A stretch of 64,000 nt of DNA. Source: the human T2T-CHM13v2.0 reference genome, Homo sapiens. The position numbers and the translations under genes were made by a program. Positions 16,372 through 30,550 of this stretch are shown here, piece by piece; positions within the stretch are counted from its first letter, which is position 1; every line of letters begins with the position of its first letter. The notes beneath the pieces were generated by a model. It did no database searches. It was not told the origin of the DNA and saw only the letters and a list, made by a program, of their open reading frames with translations. The stretch lies in the NCBI RefSeq assembly GCF_009914755.1, contig NC_060933.1. The stretch is one strand, 5' to 3'.

Positions 16372-18199
16372 GCTTTCTTGTTGATGTCTCCCTTGCAAGA
16401 CTCTCTGTATGACAAGAGATACAAAATAACTTGGTTGCTCAGGTAGACAAATGCCTTGGGAAATATTTATTTAACTTACTCAAGCTCAGCGTGACCATAA
16501 AAGAACTCTCTCTGCTCACGCAGGTGTTACTCTGTAAGCAGGACTGTTGGATACAACCAATTGGAGGTTTGGCAGCCAGAGGCTTAGGGATGAACCAAGG
16601 CACAGGGATAGAAAGACAGCATTCAAGGACACCGTGAAAAGGGGAATCAATCTCATGCATGGGTTCAGGCTTAAGGACAAGATCAGGGAGGGGCTGAGGA
16701 TGTCTTCTGCTCACATTACTTTACAACAGAAATAAAAACAGAAGGTTGAAAGGTTTCTGTTTTAGGTCACATTAAAATGCCTGCAAACTCATAACATCAA
16801 AATAGTCACATCAAAGTGTCCTATTTCCATTTTTCAACCCTCCTCTCTAGTATGTGGGATTTTATAGCCCTCAATAGATCTTACTGCTCCACCAGTCCCC
16901 TTTTCATACCCCTACGCTTCCCCAGAACCACCCCACACCCTCTGGAACTTGCAAATATAGCCTGGACATTCTGTGCTGCTGCTGTTTACTTTCTTTCCTG
17001 AATATCATTGCAAAATCTATTTCTCTAACCTCTATTTTCTTCATTCCCTGATTTCTCTACCCAGTCCCAAGTATCCCTATTAATTCTGATATAAAGAGAG
17101 CTACGAAATATTTACTGATTTAAAAAAATCAGTGTGATCTAAGCACATAGTAGGAAGTTAGCTGATACTAAGGTAGAATAAAATGTAAATAAATTGTAAG
17201 ATACTCTCTCCATGAAAACACCTCTGCAATTGGAACACCTGCCTGGGTCTCTCCTGGACTCCACAGTTCTTTTTTGCACCAGAATTGCATATAAATGCAT
17301 ACCACATACTCCATTAGGAGAACACACGCTGCGTGTGAGTGTGTGAGGGAAAATTTGTTTTCACAACAAGCAGAACATCAAAATAGCTTCAGAGCCCATT
17401 GAAGCAGGGGCTTCAGCTGCAAGATAAAGGATCGGGAAGCAGGGATGTGAATAGGAAGAGAAAAACAGATCCAGAGAAGACACAACACAAATGAAAGAAG
17501 GGACCCTCGGTTGGGCAGGAAGATGGAAGGAGGGAGAAAGATACGAGTCTCCCTGGGTTTCTATATCTGAGCAAGCCACGGACATTGCTGAGGAAAAAAG
17601 AGAAGGCAGTGCAATTTCATGAATCAAAATCACAAGTTGAAGAGCTTATGTTCAAAAGTGATTAACGTAAATTTGTTAAAAAGCTGATGAAACTGTTTCT
17701 TTCCTTGAAAAGTCTAGGGAGGAAGGCCACAGCTGATTCCAGCACAACCTCGCCTGTCAAGGTGTGAATGGCAGAGGGGCTGGTAGGGATAGCAGAAACA
17801 TAAGAAGCATCAGTTCAGGCTCTCCTTTTAGGCAAATGTGTGCACAAATTGTAGCTACGTGACCTCAGGCACATGATTGACGTCTCATCTCACCTGTCTG
17901 CCTCAGGGCCCCTAGCCCTAAAACAAAAATGTCTTTCCTATAGAATTGATACAAGAATAAAATAAGATATTGCAGAGCTTGCTACTCAGAAAATAAATAC
18001 TCAATACACATAAAGCAAATCTTAAGACAATTTTGGAAAAGATCTCACAGGCTTCTGCTGAGTTGAAGAGGAAAATAGTGGAACAATAATCTTCATTGGT
18101 GTAGCTTTATGAGTTTAAAAAGGCTTTTGATAGCTAATGATTTCATCAGCCTTGGAAAGTGGAGACACAGGGATTATGAGCGAGAGTGAATGTCACGAT

Positions 18200-18420
18200 T
18201 ATGAGCAAAGAGTCCAGAGCTGGACTCCACCAGAGCTCAAAGCCTGTACCTGAGACCTGTTGGCTGTGGGGCCTTACGCATCTCCTCACCTGTTTAGTTC
18301 CTCATTGTGAAGTGTGAGTAACAGTACTTCCCATCTCCTAAGACTGTTGAGGAGATTAGCTGAATTAACATATATGCTTGGAAGAGTGCACAGAATATAT
18401 TAAGGACCCAATAAAAATTA
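18200..18420 (+). mobile_element. MIR
   Basis: CCAGAGCTGGACTCC..GTTCCTCATTGTGAAG..GTTGAGGAGATTAGCTGAATTAA. Confidence 0.55.
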
Positions 18421-18819
18421 ACTATTATGTTTTGCATTTCATAGAAGAACAACAAATGAGTCTCTCCAGAGAGACTTATATACTTGCCCTAGGATTCCCA
18501 GGGAAGAAGTGGGGATCTGGGCACCAAAGACACTGGACTCCAAGCCCAAGAGTCTTTCTGCCTGTAGGCAACTCCCTGGAGCTCCTACTGACTGGCTGGT
18601 CCATGGGACACTCTAAACCTGCAGAGCCTGGAGTTTCATCAAGGCAGCTGCAGGTAGACAAGTAGAGGAAATCCTGAGGCATTCCAAAAACATGCTATTA
18701 GAGGCACCAAAGGCATGCAATGAGAAATGGTGAGCAAGACTTTCTCATAGGCTGTTCCTTCTGCCTGGAACACATTCCCCAATTTCTTCTCTTCACTCTT
18801 TACCTGCCTCTAGATGTTG

Positions 18820-19256
18820 TATCATCATTTGGTATCTACAGCACCAATAGGAAATTATGAGTGTGTATGCATGTGTGTGTGTATGTTTATGTGTCTATAA
18901 ACTATCTATCTATATCTATCCATCTGTCTATCTATTTATTTAATGAGAAATTGGTTCACCTAATTGTGGGACTGGTAAGCCTGAAATCTGTAGGGAAGGC
19001 TAGCAGACTGGAAACTTGATGGAGATAATATTGCAGAATTTATTCTTCTCTCTGGGAAACCTCAGTGTTAGTCCTAAAGCCTTCACCTTACTGGATGGGA
19101 CTCACCCACATTATTCAAAGGTAACCTCTTTTAACTTGAAGTCAAGTAGATGTTAATGACATCTACAAAATAGCCTGGTAGCAACATCTATAGGAGTGTT
19201 TGGTGAAATGACTGAGTACTAGATAGAGAAGCCAAGCTGAAACATAAACCATCACA
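18820..19256 (-). mobile_element. MLT2 (ERVL) LTR, MLT2D-like, inside an L2 relic
   Basis: GAAATTGGTTCAC..CTGAAATCTGTAGGG..GGAAACCTCAG; ends AACCATCACA; internal (TG)/(TATC) tract typical of MLT2. Confidence 0.8.
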
Positions 19257-19346
19257 AATGTCAACTTAAATGTTCCTTCCTCAAGCACGGATTGCTCACT
19301 GATTCCTCAAAATAGATCAAGGCCTCCTTTTATACATTAATGGTAG

Positions 19347-19807
<461 letters not shown>

Positions 19808-21259
19808 TGATTTGCATTTAGTTGAATGTATGAAAGCTCACCTCTTTGAAGAACTGTTCGTTCTCTAGGGGAGGTGGTGGCAACTTAGCAATGGATGCAT
19901 AGGGCTCTGTTGTTCTAAACCCTTTATATATATATTTTGAATTTTCTCATCACTTTTCAAAATTTCTGTAAATGAGATTAGGGAAAATCTTGTTTCCTTC
20001 TTAGAAAAAAAAAGTCAGCCAGTTGTTTTCTCTCTTGCATGCACAGGAAGCTTGGCCTTTGGGGAGTTATCAGAGCATGAAAAGAGGGGTGGCGTCAAAG
20101 TCTGCAGAGAAATGTTCAAACCAGTTTTTTCTTACTTTTTTCTCTGCACTTGGATGACTCCTCTTCATGTATTTATTGCCTGATTGGTTCCTTTGTTCCT
20201 TGAACATTTTTAGATCCTCCATTCAGAGCAAGTCCCCTTGTTATCAATGTCAGCTGGGCCTGAGTCAGGGTTTAGTGCAAGATTGGATGACATGTATCCT
20301 GGCTTCCAAAGGAAAATGGCTGAGCTGTACTGTGCTTTCAGTGTTTCTGTTCCATTCTTCCGGGAACAGAATTTATCTCACCAGGTAAGAGGGAGAAAAT
20401 CAGAGTGAGGGAGAAAAGAGTTACTAAACTGAAAGTGAATATGGGTGAAGTAACATGTATTGAAGACCTAGTCAAATTTTACAGACTTACCAGTAGATTT
20501 TGAAGATGTCATGGCGGGGGGCGGGGGCTGTATTTATTTGAAAAAAAAATCTTAATAAATGCCTAGAATGGAAGATGGGACTTCACACTTGAATATCAGC
20601 TGGTACAGAAACATCTGAGGAGATCAACTGCTCCTTATAAAAGAAACAATAATTTGGGGTTTTCTCGACAATCTGGGTGTTAGAAAATGAAAAGAAGATA
20701 GCAGAAGGCCATATATGGGAGGAGGCTGGGAGGTATGGGTGTGGCTTTTCCTTGTTCCTCCAACACACTCACACACTCACGTGAGCACCCACACCCATTC
20801 ACTTCAAGTCATCTGCAGTGTCTACCTAATTTACAAGTACCTTCAGGAAAGACTAGTTTGTTTATTACAAAAACCGAAGAGGCGGAGCCTTACATCACAG
20901 TCAACATGATGCAAAAGAAAGTCAGTTTCAACAGTACAGGAGCTGAGTCCCAGGTGGTGCTAGGGATGTAATTGCTCCAAGAATTCACACGTATTTTGGG
21001 AAAGGTTTGTCTATTTACAGGAGGCACAATGAGCAGGGTTCCAACCAGATTATCTGAATCTCAGAGATGTTGACAACTAGCTAACAAACAGGATTATGTA
21101 TTTATCTCATTTAATATAACCACTCTCTACAGTACATTTTCATTCCCTTACTAATGATGACTTGGTAAAATAAAAACAGAGGTCAAATCACACAGCTGGT
21201 TAGAGGCAGACCAGGGCTGGAACCCAGGCTATTTCAATACCAATCCCTTTGTAAAGATA

Positions 21260-21450
21260 ATTTATTCCCCATGCACTGTTCTGGGTGCTTTTCATGCATA
21301 CATTAATTCTTTTCATCTATATTCCTATATAAGGAAACCAATGATAGAGAAGTTGAGTGGTTTGCCCAGGGTCATGCAGCTATAAGTAATAGAGCCAGGT
21401 TTCAAATGTATGCCATCTGTGCCAGTGTGCACGAGCTTAACCACCAGGGT
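21260..21450 (-). mobile_element. MIR
   Basis: GGAAACCAATGATAGAGAAGTTGAGTGGTTTGCCCAGGGTCATGCAGCT matches the antisense MIR core. Confidence 0.7.
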
Positions 21451-22029
21451 GTTCCACCTCTGCCTGCCTACCATGCTACTGCCTCCAACTAATCATTCTG
21501 TTGCTTGTTCCTTTCCAATATGAAGCAACATTCCTGTTTTCCCCCTGACTTAGCTGTTATCTTTCTGCAGCCAGTTATCAGCTTATATCTCCCTGCTGCT
21601 GACTGTTCCATGTATTATTACACTTTCATATCTCGCATCTTCTTGCATTCAATTATGATAAGCATCTACTTTATGAGAGGCCAGACCGATGGCTTGTGCT
21701 TTGTATTTCAAAAATATTTGCACTAGAAATTCCAAAACCCCAACCAGAGGAAAATAAATTAACAACTAAAAATACCTTAGGTGTCAGGTCAATAGCTTCT
21801 GAAAAATACTAGACAGAGCTGTTTGAAGCTTTTATTAGAAACTCATCCAACTGTTCACCCACTGATTTATTCATTCAACAAACTTTTATTGAGCTTCTGC
21901 TATAACAGGATGAGATGTAGGAAGGATAAGAATGCCCAGCTTTGTCCTTAAAGAGTTTACACTCTCCCAGAGACAGCAGAAACATGTCTTAAATGGAGAA
22001 TTTTATACAAAGGTGTCCTAAGAAAACAT

Positions 22030-22180
22030 GCTGCTTCCAGAGGTAGTGAGGTCCCTGTCAATGGAAGTATTCAAGGAGTCTGGACAACTTCTTGTAAGGG
22101 ATAGTATAGATGGAATTCAAGCATAAAATGTCTATTTGGACAAGTCTAACTTTAAGTTTCTTAGAAGTGTTGAGATTCTA
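22030..22180 (+). mobile_element. L3/CR1 3' end
   Basis: GGTAGTGAGGTCCCTGTCAATGGAAGTATTCAAG..TTGGACAAG..GAGATTCTA resembles the CR1/L3 terminus. Confidence 0.7.
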
Positions 22181-22339
22181 TAAAAACAATGCAGAACAAG
22201 TCAAACACTATCATAACAGGATATGACAGATGTCTAGAACACAGATCATGAAAGAATGAATTCCAACCAGTGAAAACAGGGAAGGTTTGCAGGGTGTCGG
22301 GGGGCAGTGAACAAAGGCTTTATTAATTTGAAGGCAACA

Positions 22340-22520
22340 TACTCATATCTTTCACGGTCCTTTGGCTTCCCAAGTTATTTAACCTTTCTGAGCTAGTCTC
22401 CTCATCTCCAAGACAGGGTTAATTATGCCTTCCCTGCCCAATTCTCCCTGCTGCTGTAAGGATCAAATGAGATGCTTAAAGTAGTTTGTAAACTAAAAAA
22501 GTGTTATGCAAATGTAATGT
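22340..22520 (+). mobile_element. MIR
   Basis: CAAGTTATTTAACCTTTCTGAGCTAGTCTCCTCATCT..GTAAGGATCAAATGAGAT. Confidence 0.7.
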
Positions 22521-23738
22521 TAAATTAGAAACCTAGTGCAAAGGGACTAAATATTAAAGGTGAAATTACAGACCTCAATTGATGGGATGTATCTTTTGGT
22601 TGAGAATTTTCCTTTGAATATCAAACTGCACCACATAACACTGGTAACAACATCCCTCTGGAATTAACTGAAATTCTGGTCTAGGGGTGTTGCGTCCTCA
22701 GTAACCTTGGGCAAGATCATTCAATTCTGTGCTTCAGTTTATGCTATCAGGATTAATGGATGGTAATTGTTGGTCTTCGAAAAACCCTATCTGTTATCTT
22801 GACACACAAAAAGAAATATTTCCACATCCATCAAGATTGAACAGCAAGAACTCTCATTGCTTTGAATTTCTATATTACCTGAGGCAGACTCAGTGAAAAG
22901 AACAGGTGTGAAAAATAAATATATTTTGATATATACAAAGATGCTCTAAGGATAAGATAGACACAGGGATATTAAGTACCAGGGACACCCACCTGAGTTT
23001 AGTTCAGCCAGTGTTCACTGAGCACTTGTTATGCACCAGACCCTCTGATAGGCAATGCTGGAGACAGAGATGAATAGGACACAGCTTCTGCCCTCAAGGA
23101 GGCCACAGGTTTATAAACATGCTTTGAAAGTGATAAAGAGAATGGACACGATTAAATGGATTGTAAATCAAGATAACGACCCCAGTCCTCCTGCTAATTT
23201 ACTGGTTGACCTCTGTGAAGACATCTTACTGTTCCTTTATCAGCACTAAATGAAACCCCCCTCCCAAAACACTATTTAAAACTTGGAAATGTTTTACCCC
23301 TACCAACCAGCCACTGGAAAGTCTTAACAAAAAATAAATTTTAAAAAGAACCAACATTCACCCTCTCAGATGAGTAATTTATGAACTAATTATACAGCAA
23401 CTTTACTTTGTATCTTACCCAGTAAAAAGGAAATACTTGAATAAATTGTATTATTTTATCACAAATTAACTAATTTATTCTTCTCGACCTTGTTTGGATT
23501 TGAAATAATTGTCTTACTGGAACTACCAAATGGAGAGATACAGAGATTTGTAACTAATGACTTTCTGGTGGGATTTTAATTTTATTTACAATAAATAAAC
23601 ATTATACTGTTGTCACTGTAGGGCTCAAGTATGTTCATATAATATGCGTAGCAATTATTTTGTTTTCTCTCTGTCTCTCCTCTAGCTGTCTTTCCCTCTC
23701 CCCCACCCTTTCTCCCTTCCTCTGTGTCTATTATAATG

Positions 23739-23813
23739 TCTCTCTCTCTCACACACACACACACATACACACACACATGCACACACACGTGTACACACAC
23801 ACACACACACACA
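23739..23813. repeat. (TC)n(CA)n compound microsatellite
   Basis: Directly visible. Confidence 0.95.
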
Positions 23814-23989
23814 GAGAAGCTCTAACAAAACTGAAAGGCTCTGAGGGGGAAGACTGTAATGACCTGGTAATTGTCTCTCATGCTGGATCAGAGGGTGATG
23901 CAGTGGTCTGGAACAGGGGGATGTGAGCTGTCAACAGAAATTCACCGTATACTTACTGTTCATTGCCTACCCATTATGCATAATTCCAC

Positions 23990-24520
23990 TTTCACATCTT
24001 AACAGAATCCACCATACAACTATGTGTTTCACAGGAAGTTGACACCATCCCAGCCCTAGCTGTTGTATACTGATTAGCATTAGCCATTCAGGGGTATCTT
24101 ATTTCCCTGGCCCATAATCAGTTAACCAATAGGCATGTGATCCAGTATTAGTCATACAATGATGCACTAAGGATATATACAAAGATGAGAGGGATGCTCT
24201 GCCTTGGGGTTTCTAGACAGGATATCTTACTCTAAGAAGGAAACAGCAAATGGTGGCACCTTTATGTCTCTGGGTATGTTGCATCTCGAAGTGAAACCTA
24301 GAACATCTATAGTATTTTGTGAACATCCTGAGAATAAAGCCTATAGAGACAGAGCCAAGAGCACCGTAGAAAAGTAGGCCAGGGGCACTGACACATGGCA
24401 CCTGCAACTCACGCCACCACTGGACTTCTCGACATGTGAGATAAGATGTTTTCTTTGGGCTTATTTGTGTTCTTTTGGGCTTCATTTGTGTTCTCTGTTA
24501 CTTGAGGCCCAAACCTTCGG
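23990..24520 (+). mobile_element. Old MaLR/ERVL LTR (MLT1K/LTR16-like)
   Basis: GGCATGTGATCCAG, GGACTTCTCGACATGTGAGATAA, TCTGTTACTTG blocks. Confidence 0.55.
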
Positions 24521-25419
24521 AATCAATAAATCTACCATATACTCATAATGAGTTTGCTCTTGCTATTTTGAATCTTGATTATCAATAGCAACACAGGCAG
24601 CAGCATCTCACTAACTTTACAGTAGAGCCTACAAGGGGCCCACACAGGGGGATTATTTGAGATGTTTGAAGTGTGCTGTGTCTTATTTGTGGTAGTGTTT
24701 ACAAGAATCTATGCATATGTGTGTACTCACAGAACTGTACACCAAAAAACAATGATTATTACTGCCTTTAAAAACAGAAAGATCCCACAAGGGTGGAGAT
24801 TGCATTCAAGCCCACATTTATCTGACCCCAATGCCACACTGCTTCTGAGTGCTTGTCAAATCCAATATAAAGAGCTTAATACTGGCAGTCATGAAGCGGA
24901 CGTTTAAATCCTAGGTCCACCTCTTGATAGCTGTGTGACCTTATGCATTTTGCTTTACCCATCCGAGTTTATTTTTGCAAATGCCAAATGCAGATGCTAA
25001 TAATCTTTGCCCATTCCATCTTTTTTGAGGGGAGAGATCAACTAAGAAAATGATTTAAGAAGCATCTTTGTAATGTAGAAGAAAGCACAAATATTTGTCA
25101 TTGTTATGGTATGAAAATACCTACTCTTCCAATACCACACTGTCTGAAATCCCGTTATCCTCGAGTTAAACCACGAATAGCAAACCCATGGTGTGCCTGC
25201 TGTCACCCACCTCCAATCTACACCTGTGAGGGATACTCAACAGTCAAGGTACTTTTTGTCCCTCCAGGGTCCTTATTTATGGCTCTAGCATCCCACTTGA
25301 CTCTCTGTTCCAGGGATTCTTTATAAATCAACTGGAGTTGGTCCATGAATTGAAATCTCTTAAAAACTACTGGGTTATACTTCCAGTATCTTTCAGTCTT
25401 GTTCACCATCTCATCCCAG

Positions 25420-25920
25420 CATGTCTTCTCTTATTTCTTTATAATAATAGAAACACAACTTTTTAGTTTAGAACATTGACACCCACGATAAAGGCCTACA
25501 TTTCTTAGACGCCCTTGCAGCTAGATGAAGCCATATGATCAAATTCTAGCCAATGAGATGCAAGAGAGTAGGATGTAGAACTTCCAGGAAGGCTGCTTAA
25601 TGGGACTGATTCATCTTGCAGGATGCCCTTTCAGCTATTCTGCCCTTGTCTTTTTTCTTTTTCTTTTTTCCAATCTGCATTGTGGATGATCTGGACACTA
25701 TATCTGACCAGAAAGTGGCCTGATGATGAAATTAATACCCTAACATGGTAAAGTAGAATAACTGAAGTCTGTGTTCTTGATAACATTTTGGAGTCATTAT
25801 ACCAGCCATGAAAACCACCTATCCCCAGACTCCTTTTACATGAAAGAGAATAAATAATAATTTACTTTAATTTAAGCCACAACTTAGCTACTCATAGCTA
25901 AGCCTAATACCTAGCTCATA
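25420..25920 (+). mobile_element. MLT1J-like MaLR LTR
   Basis: CTACATTTCTTAGACGCCCTTGCAGCTAG..CCATATGATCAAATTCTAGCCAATGAGATG. Confidence 0.7.
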
Positions 25921-27329
25921 TATGACCCAATTCAGCCTGTTTTCCTTGGGGAATAAATAAATGGAGCTATGTAAAGGGGAGTGTATACAGGTATTCATAT
26001 TAAGGCACTCGTGTCACGGAATAGTTCTGAAACATTTTGAAGATATTGTGAGCAAAATTCTGCATGACTGTTTATGATCTAAACTGTATAAGATTTAGCC
26101 ATCTCAGAACCCACTCTATAGGATCTTAATAGAAGAAGAAAAAAGTATGTTTATATCTATATACATGTATAAATTTATACATAGATATAAAGACAGGATA
26201 TAGTACCACTATTTATCGAGTGCCTGTCATGTGCCAGTCACTTTATATTACTTATGTCCAAATTTCACAAAAATCTAACAAGATATGCATAATTTCTCCC
26301 ATTCTGTCGACAGTGGCAATGAGGCTAAGTGAGTTAAAATAAATGGACTAGTTTAGGGATGGGTCCTATATTCCAAGCAAGTCTGTCTTATACCAAAACC
26401 TATGCTTTTTCCATGACCCCGTAGAAACTGAGTTAATTACAACTTTGGTTGGATGGCTAGCAAAACATCTCAGCAAGCGTTGAGAGAATACACAACAAAT
26501 AGTAGTGCTGGATGCAATTGGTAGGTGGGGGGTTTCTTCTAACAACTTTACATAGTTAATGACTTTTTGAGCACCAGATTTGAAGAGCATGAAATGCATG
26601 AGTCATGGCTCTTAGAGAACAGATGGTTAGTGGTCTGTGTTATTTCAGTGACAAAGTTTTGAGCCAACTAAGGATAACAATAAAACTTCATCTCATGATG
26701 TTTGTCATTTTCAGTCCCTGACTCCTTGTAACTGCTGTTACAGCTTCTCGCTTCCAAGATTACACCTTGATGATCAATCAATCAAAATTATCCTTTCATC
26801 AGGTTGAATTTATAAAAGGCACTCCAGGTGATTTTTTTTAATTCACTACGATTCCATGTATTTCCTACAGCTTATATTCTAAAATTATTTCATCAGAACT
26901 GTGGGAGAAACATTTGAGGTCATTTCTCAGGATTGTTGGCTCTGGGTTTTGAGAAGTCATCAATAATGGATTATCATGGTTGGTGTAATATTACATGATA
27001 ATGAAAGCTGACATTTATCCTGTACTCACTCTGATCCATGCATTTTGCATGGGTTATCTCATTTAATCCTCAATCAACATCATAAACCAAAGGATAGTGT
27101 TATCACCAACTGGAAAAATGGGGAAAACAAGACATGGAGAGTTGCGGGGGTTAAGTGACTTACTAGGGAAGTGGAAAGTGATAGATCAGGGATTTGAACC
27201 TAGATACTTTTGAAAGAGATCCTGAAAGCTGAGTAGGCATAATGATTTAAGGTAGGCTAACAGCTGGCTAGCATCTTACAAACCACCTTCATATCTCACT
27301 CGTTTAATATAGTAAAATGTACTACTCAT

Positions 27330-27666
27330 TTCTCTCATAATTCACTGATGGTTGAAGATCTGGGCTCCATACAATCATTCTAGTACTTAAGCCCCTTCTA
27401 TTTAATGACACTACCATATTCCACTGTCTTAAAGTCCCCTTCTGCATCATCTGCAACCAGACAATAGACAAGGGAACAAATTTAATGAAGCTTTGCAAAG
27501 AATGTTTAAGGGTCCTGGTATGTATAGCAAATACTACTTGCACTTACATTCCCTTAGCTAAAATTAAATCTCACGACCCCACTTAAATGCAGAGGAGACT
27601 GGGAAATGTAGTCTCTGGAATAAAATGGAATGGAGTGCAGTGAACCATCATATTTTTTCTGTCACA
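27330..27666 (-). mobile_element. MLT1J/K-like MaLR LTR
   Basis: AAATGCAGAGGAGACTGGGAAATGTAGTCTC; ends CTGTCACA. Confidence 0.6.
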
Positions 27667-27699
27667 GTAGATATTTGCTGTCTGCAAGAGAGTAGTAAA

Positions 27700-28150
27700 G
27701 GGAAGGGATAAGAAAATTGCAAGGAAAAGGACAAACTTGAGCAAAAGCATAATTGTCTCAAAATACTAGTCAAATTTGGGGAAGCACAAACAATTTGATC
27801 TGACAGATGCTCAGGTTGGCAGTCTCAGTAATAATTTGAGGCTCACATCATCCAGGGACTTGGAAAATGCACTAAGGAGTTTGGAGTTTGGACTTTATTG
27901 TACAGCTAAAGGGGAGCTGTTGAACGATTTTTAACCAGTAGAAAATATGATTATATTTGGAATTTAGAAAAATCATTCTCTGAGCCATGTAGATGGTGGT
28001 TGAAGAAAGCAAGACAAGAGGCAAAGAGAACAGGTAGGGTAGAATTGAATCATAGATGTAAGATGTCAGACTAAGGATGGTTGCAATGTGGTCAGAAATA
28101 AGAAGATAGATGAATCAGATTAAGGCAGTAAAATTATAAAATTATGGACA
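27700..28150 (-). mobile_element. L2 fragment
   Basis: CTAAGGAGTTTGGA..GACTTTATT..GGGGAGCTGTTGAA..TTTAGAAAAATCATTCT. Confidence 0.6.
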
Positions 28151-28949
28151 TTGACAAGTGATCACATTCTCCTTATTTTCAGCCTTGCAATGGAGGCATT
28201 ATTATCTCCATTTTATCGATGAAAAGACTGGACTTGGGACAGTTGAAAGCCTCACCAAGCTCATACAATTAATTAATGCCTGAGGCAGAGGCCAACCATG
28301 TCCAACTCTAAAACCCATTATCTTTCCATTTGACCATTTATAAACCTCAACCATGCCTTACCTACAAGAGCCCTTGTGTGCTTCTGAACAGTTATTCCCA
28401 CCCTCTCTACAGCTTCTGTTTTTCAAATCAAATATTCCAAATTTCTCCCACAGTAGCTTACATCACCTACTAAGTTACTTTAGCCTTCTGGTCACAGTTG
28501 TCTAGAGGCATTTCAAATAACTCACTTAAGTTAAGGAATTCCTCCCCAAAACCAACACTTTCAGTTGCAAGGTAACATGCTGAAGCAAAACCTGTTTCAC
28601 TCTTTTTCCAACTCATCAAAAATACACAAAATTCAAATTGCTCACCAGTACTTTCTAAAGCATTTTTATTATTTTGTTTATTCTACTGCCCAAAGGTGCA
28701 AGTGACCTCACTTATAAAATTTGATGAACCAAACCGTTAGTTGTTTCAAAACGTTGCTGATGCTTTGCTTGAATTGGGTAGATCCTGCCAATCAACTTGT
28801 AGATAGATTCAAAGTTGTATAAATGGGGTATTTTCTATCTATGGAACCTAAACTTTTTTATATAGTGTGCTTTATATACTGGCTGGTAAATTAATTAAGA
28901 AAATAATTGGTTACAGTACTAACAAATGGTTTTGAATCAGAAAGAAAAT

Positions 28950-29660
28950 ATATAACTGAGATCCCAACTCATGAAATCCCTGACATTATTAAAAACCTGC
29001 TCCTCCTCCTGTTTTTCCAATATCAATGAATGGTATCTATCAATTTTCACCTGGCTGTCAGGCCGGAAAACTGGGAATGATATTTAATTCATCTCTCTCA
29101 CTCATCTCTCACATTTAATTCATCATCAGGTTAATTCAGCTTCCAATTTGATTCAACTTCCTTAAAAAAGTCTCAAAGCCAAACTGTTTTCTTATTCCCA
29201 CTGTTGCTACCCTAGCCCAGGATGCAAGCACTTCTTCAGTGATCATGGGAAGCTCCTGATTAAGCTTCTTGAATTCTGTTTTGCTTTAACCTATCCTTGT
29301 GCTGAGGCGCCAGTCTGTTCTCATCATATACTTGCTTGTAACCCTCTGGTTCTCCCAGCCCATTGTCCACAGGAGCACTCAGGTGTAAAATGCAGTTTAT
29401 TTTGTTATCCATTCATGCTTATAACTTCAGCCATCTCATTCACACCTCCTCCCTCACATGATCTACTCCAGCTGAAGAGAATACCTTCCAGTTTTCCAAA
29501 TGTAGCTTGTTTTTTTCTCATGTTCAGGCTTTTTAACCTGTTGTTCCTTCTGTCTGCAACAACTCACTTATCCTTTTCTTTTCTTGCTAACTCTTATGTA
29601 TTCTTCAGATCTCAGTTTAGTTTTCATTTCCTCCATAAATCCTTCTCTGACCTCCAACAC
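28950..29660 (+). mobile_element. L2 fragment
   Basis: Pyrimidine-rich L2 body: CCTGCTCCTCCTCCTG..GGAAAACTGGGAATGAT..TTCTTCAGATCTCAGTTTA..CCTTCTCTGACC. Confidence 0.65.
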
Positions 29661-30245
29661 CAAACTAGACAGTTTTGTCCTGAATTCTAGCATCTTCTCC
29701 TTCCTCTGTTTTCTTCACAAATCCCCATATCCCCTGTACCTAGTATTATTTTCTGACACAATGTCATCCCACCAGATATATTTTTTGTATCTCTTTAATT
29801 ACTTAAAAATGTAAACAAATTCTTCCTTAGAAAAGAAGGAGATACACCAAGAAAGAGACCTTGGCTGTCCTTAGGATCAGTGTGTTGTGTTAATGGAAGA
29901 GATCTCCAAGGTAATACATGGCCCCAGGTGAAGTTTAAAATGAAACTGAAAATTACAGGAGACTGTGGGATCCAGAAGTAAAAGCAGTCAGTTTGGGCTT
30001 ACAGTCTCTGATTAAGTTCCTTCAATCCTGTCCCATTACACCAGTGACAGTGGAGACATGGCTCTAAAATGTTTTGTTTCAGTCAGCATTGATTTATTCA
30101 TTCATTTGCTCACTCATTCACTGTTTCACTCTCCAGTTTCAGAGTGATGCTGAGTACCAACTATGTACCAGGCACTATGTTAGGAACACTGAATTATAAA
30201 GAGATTTCTAAAGAAGAAGATATATATTTAAAACACATAATTTTA

Positions 30246-30550
<305 letters not shown>

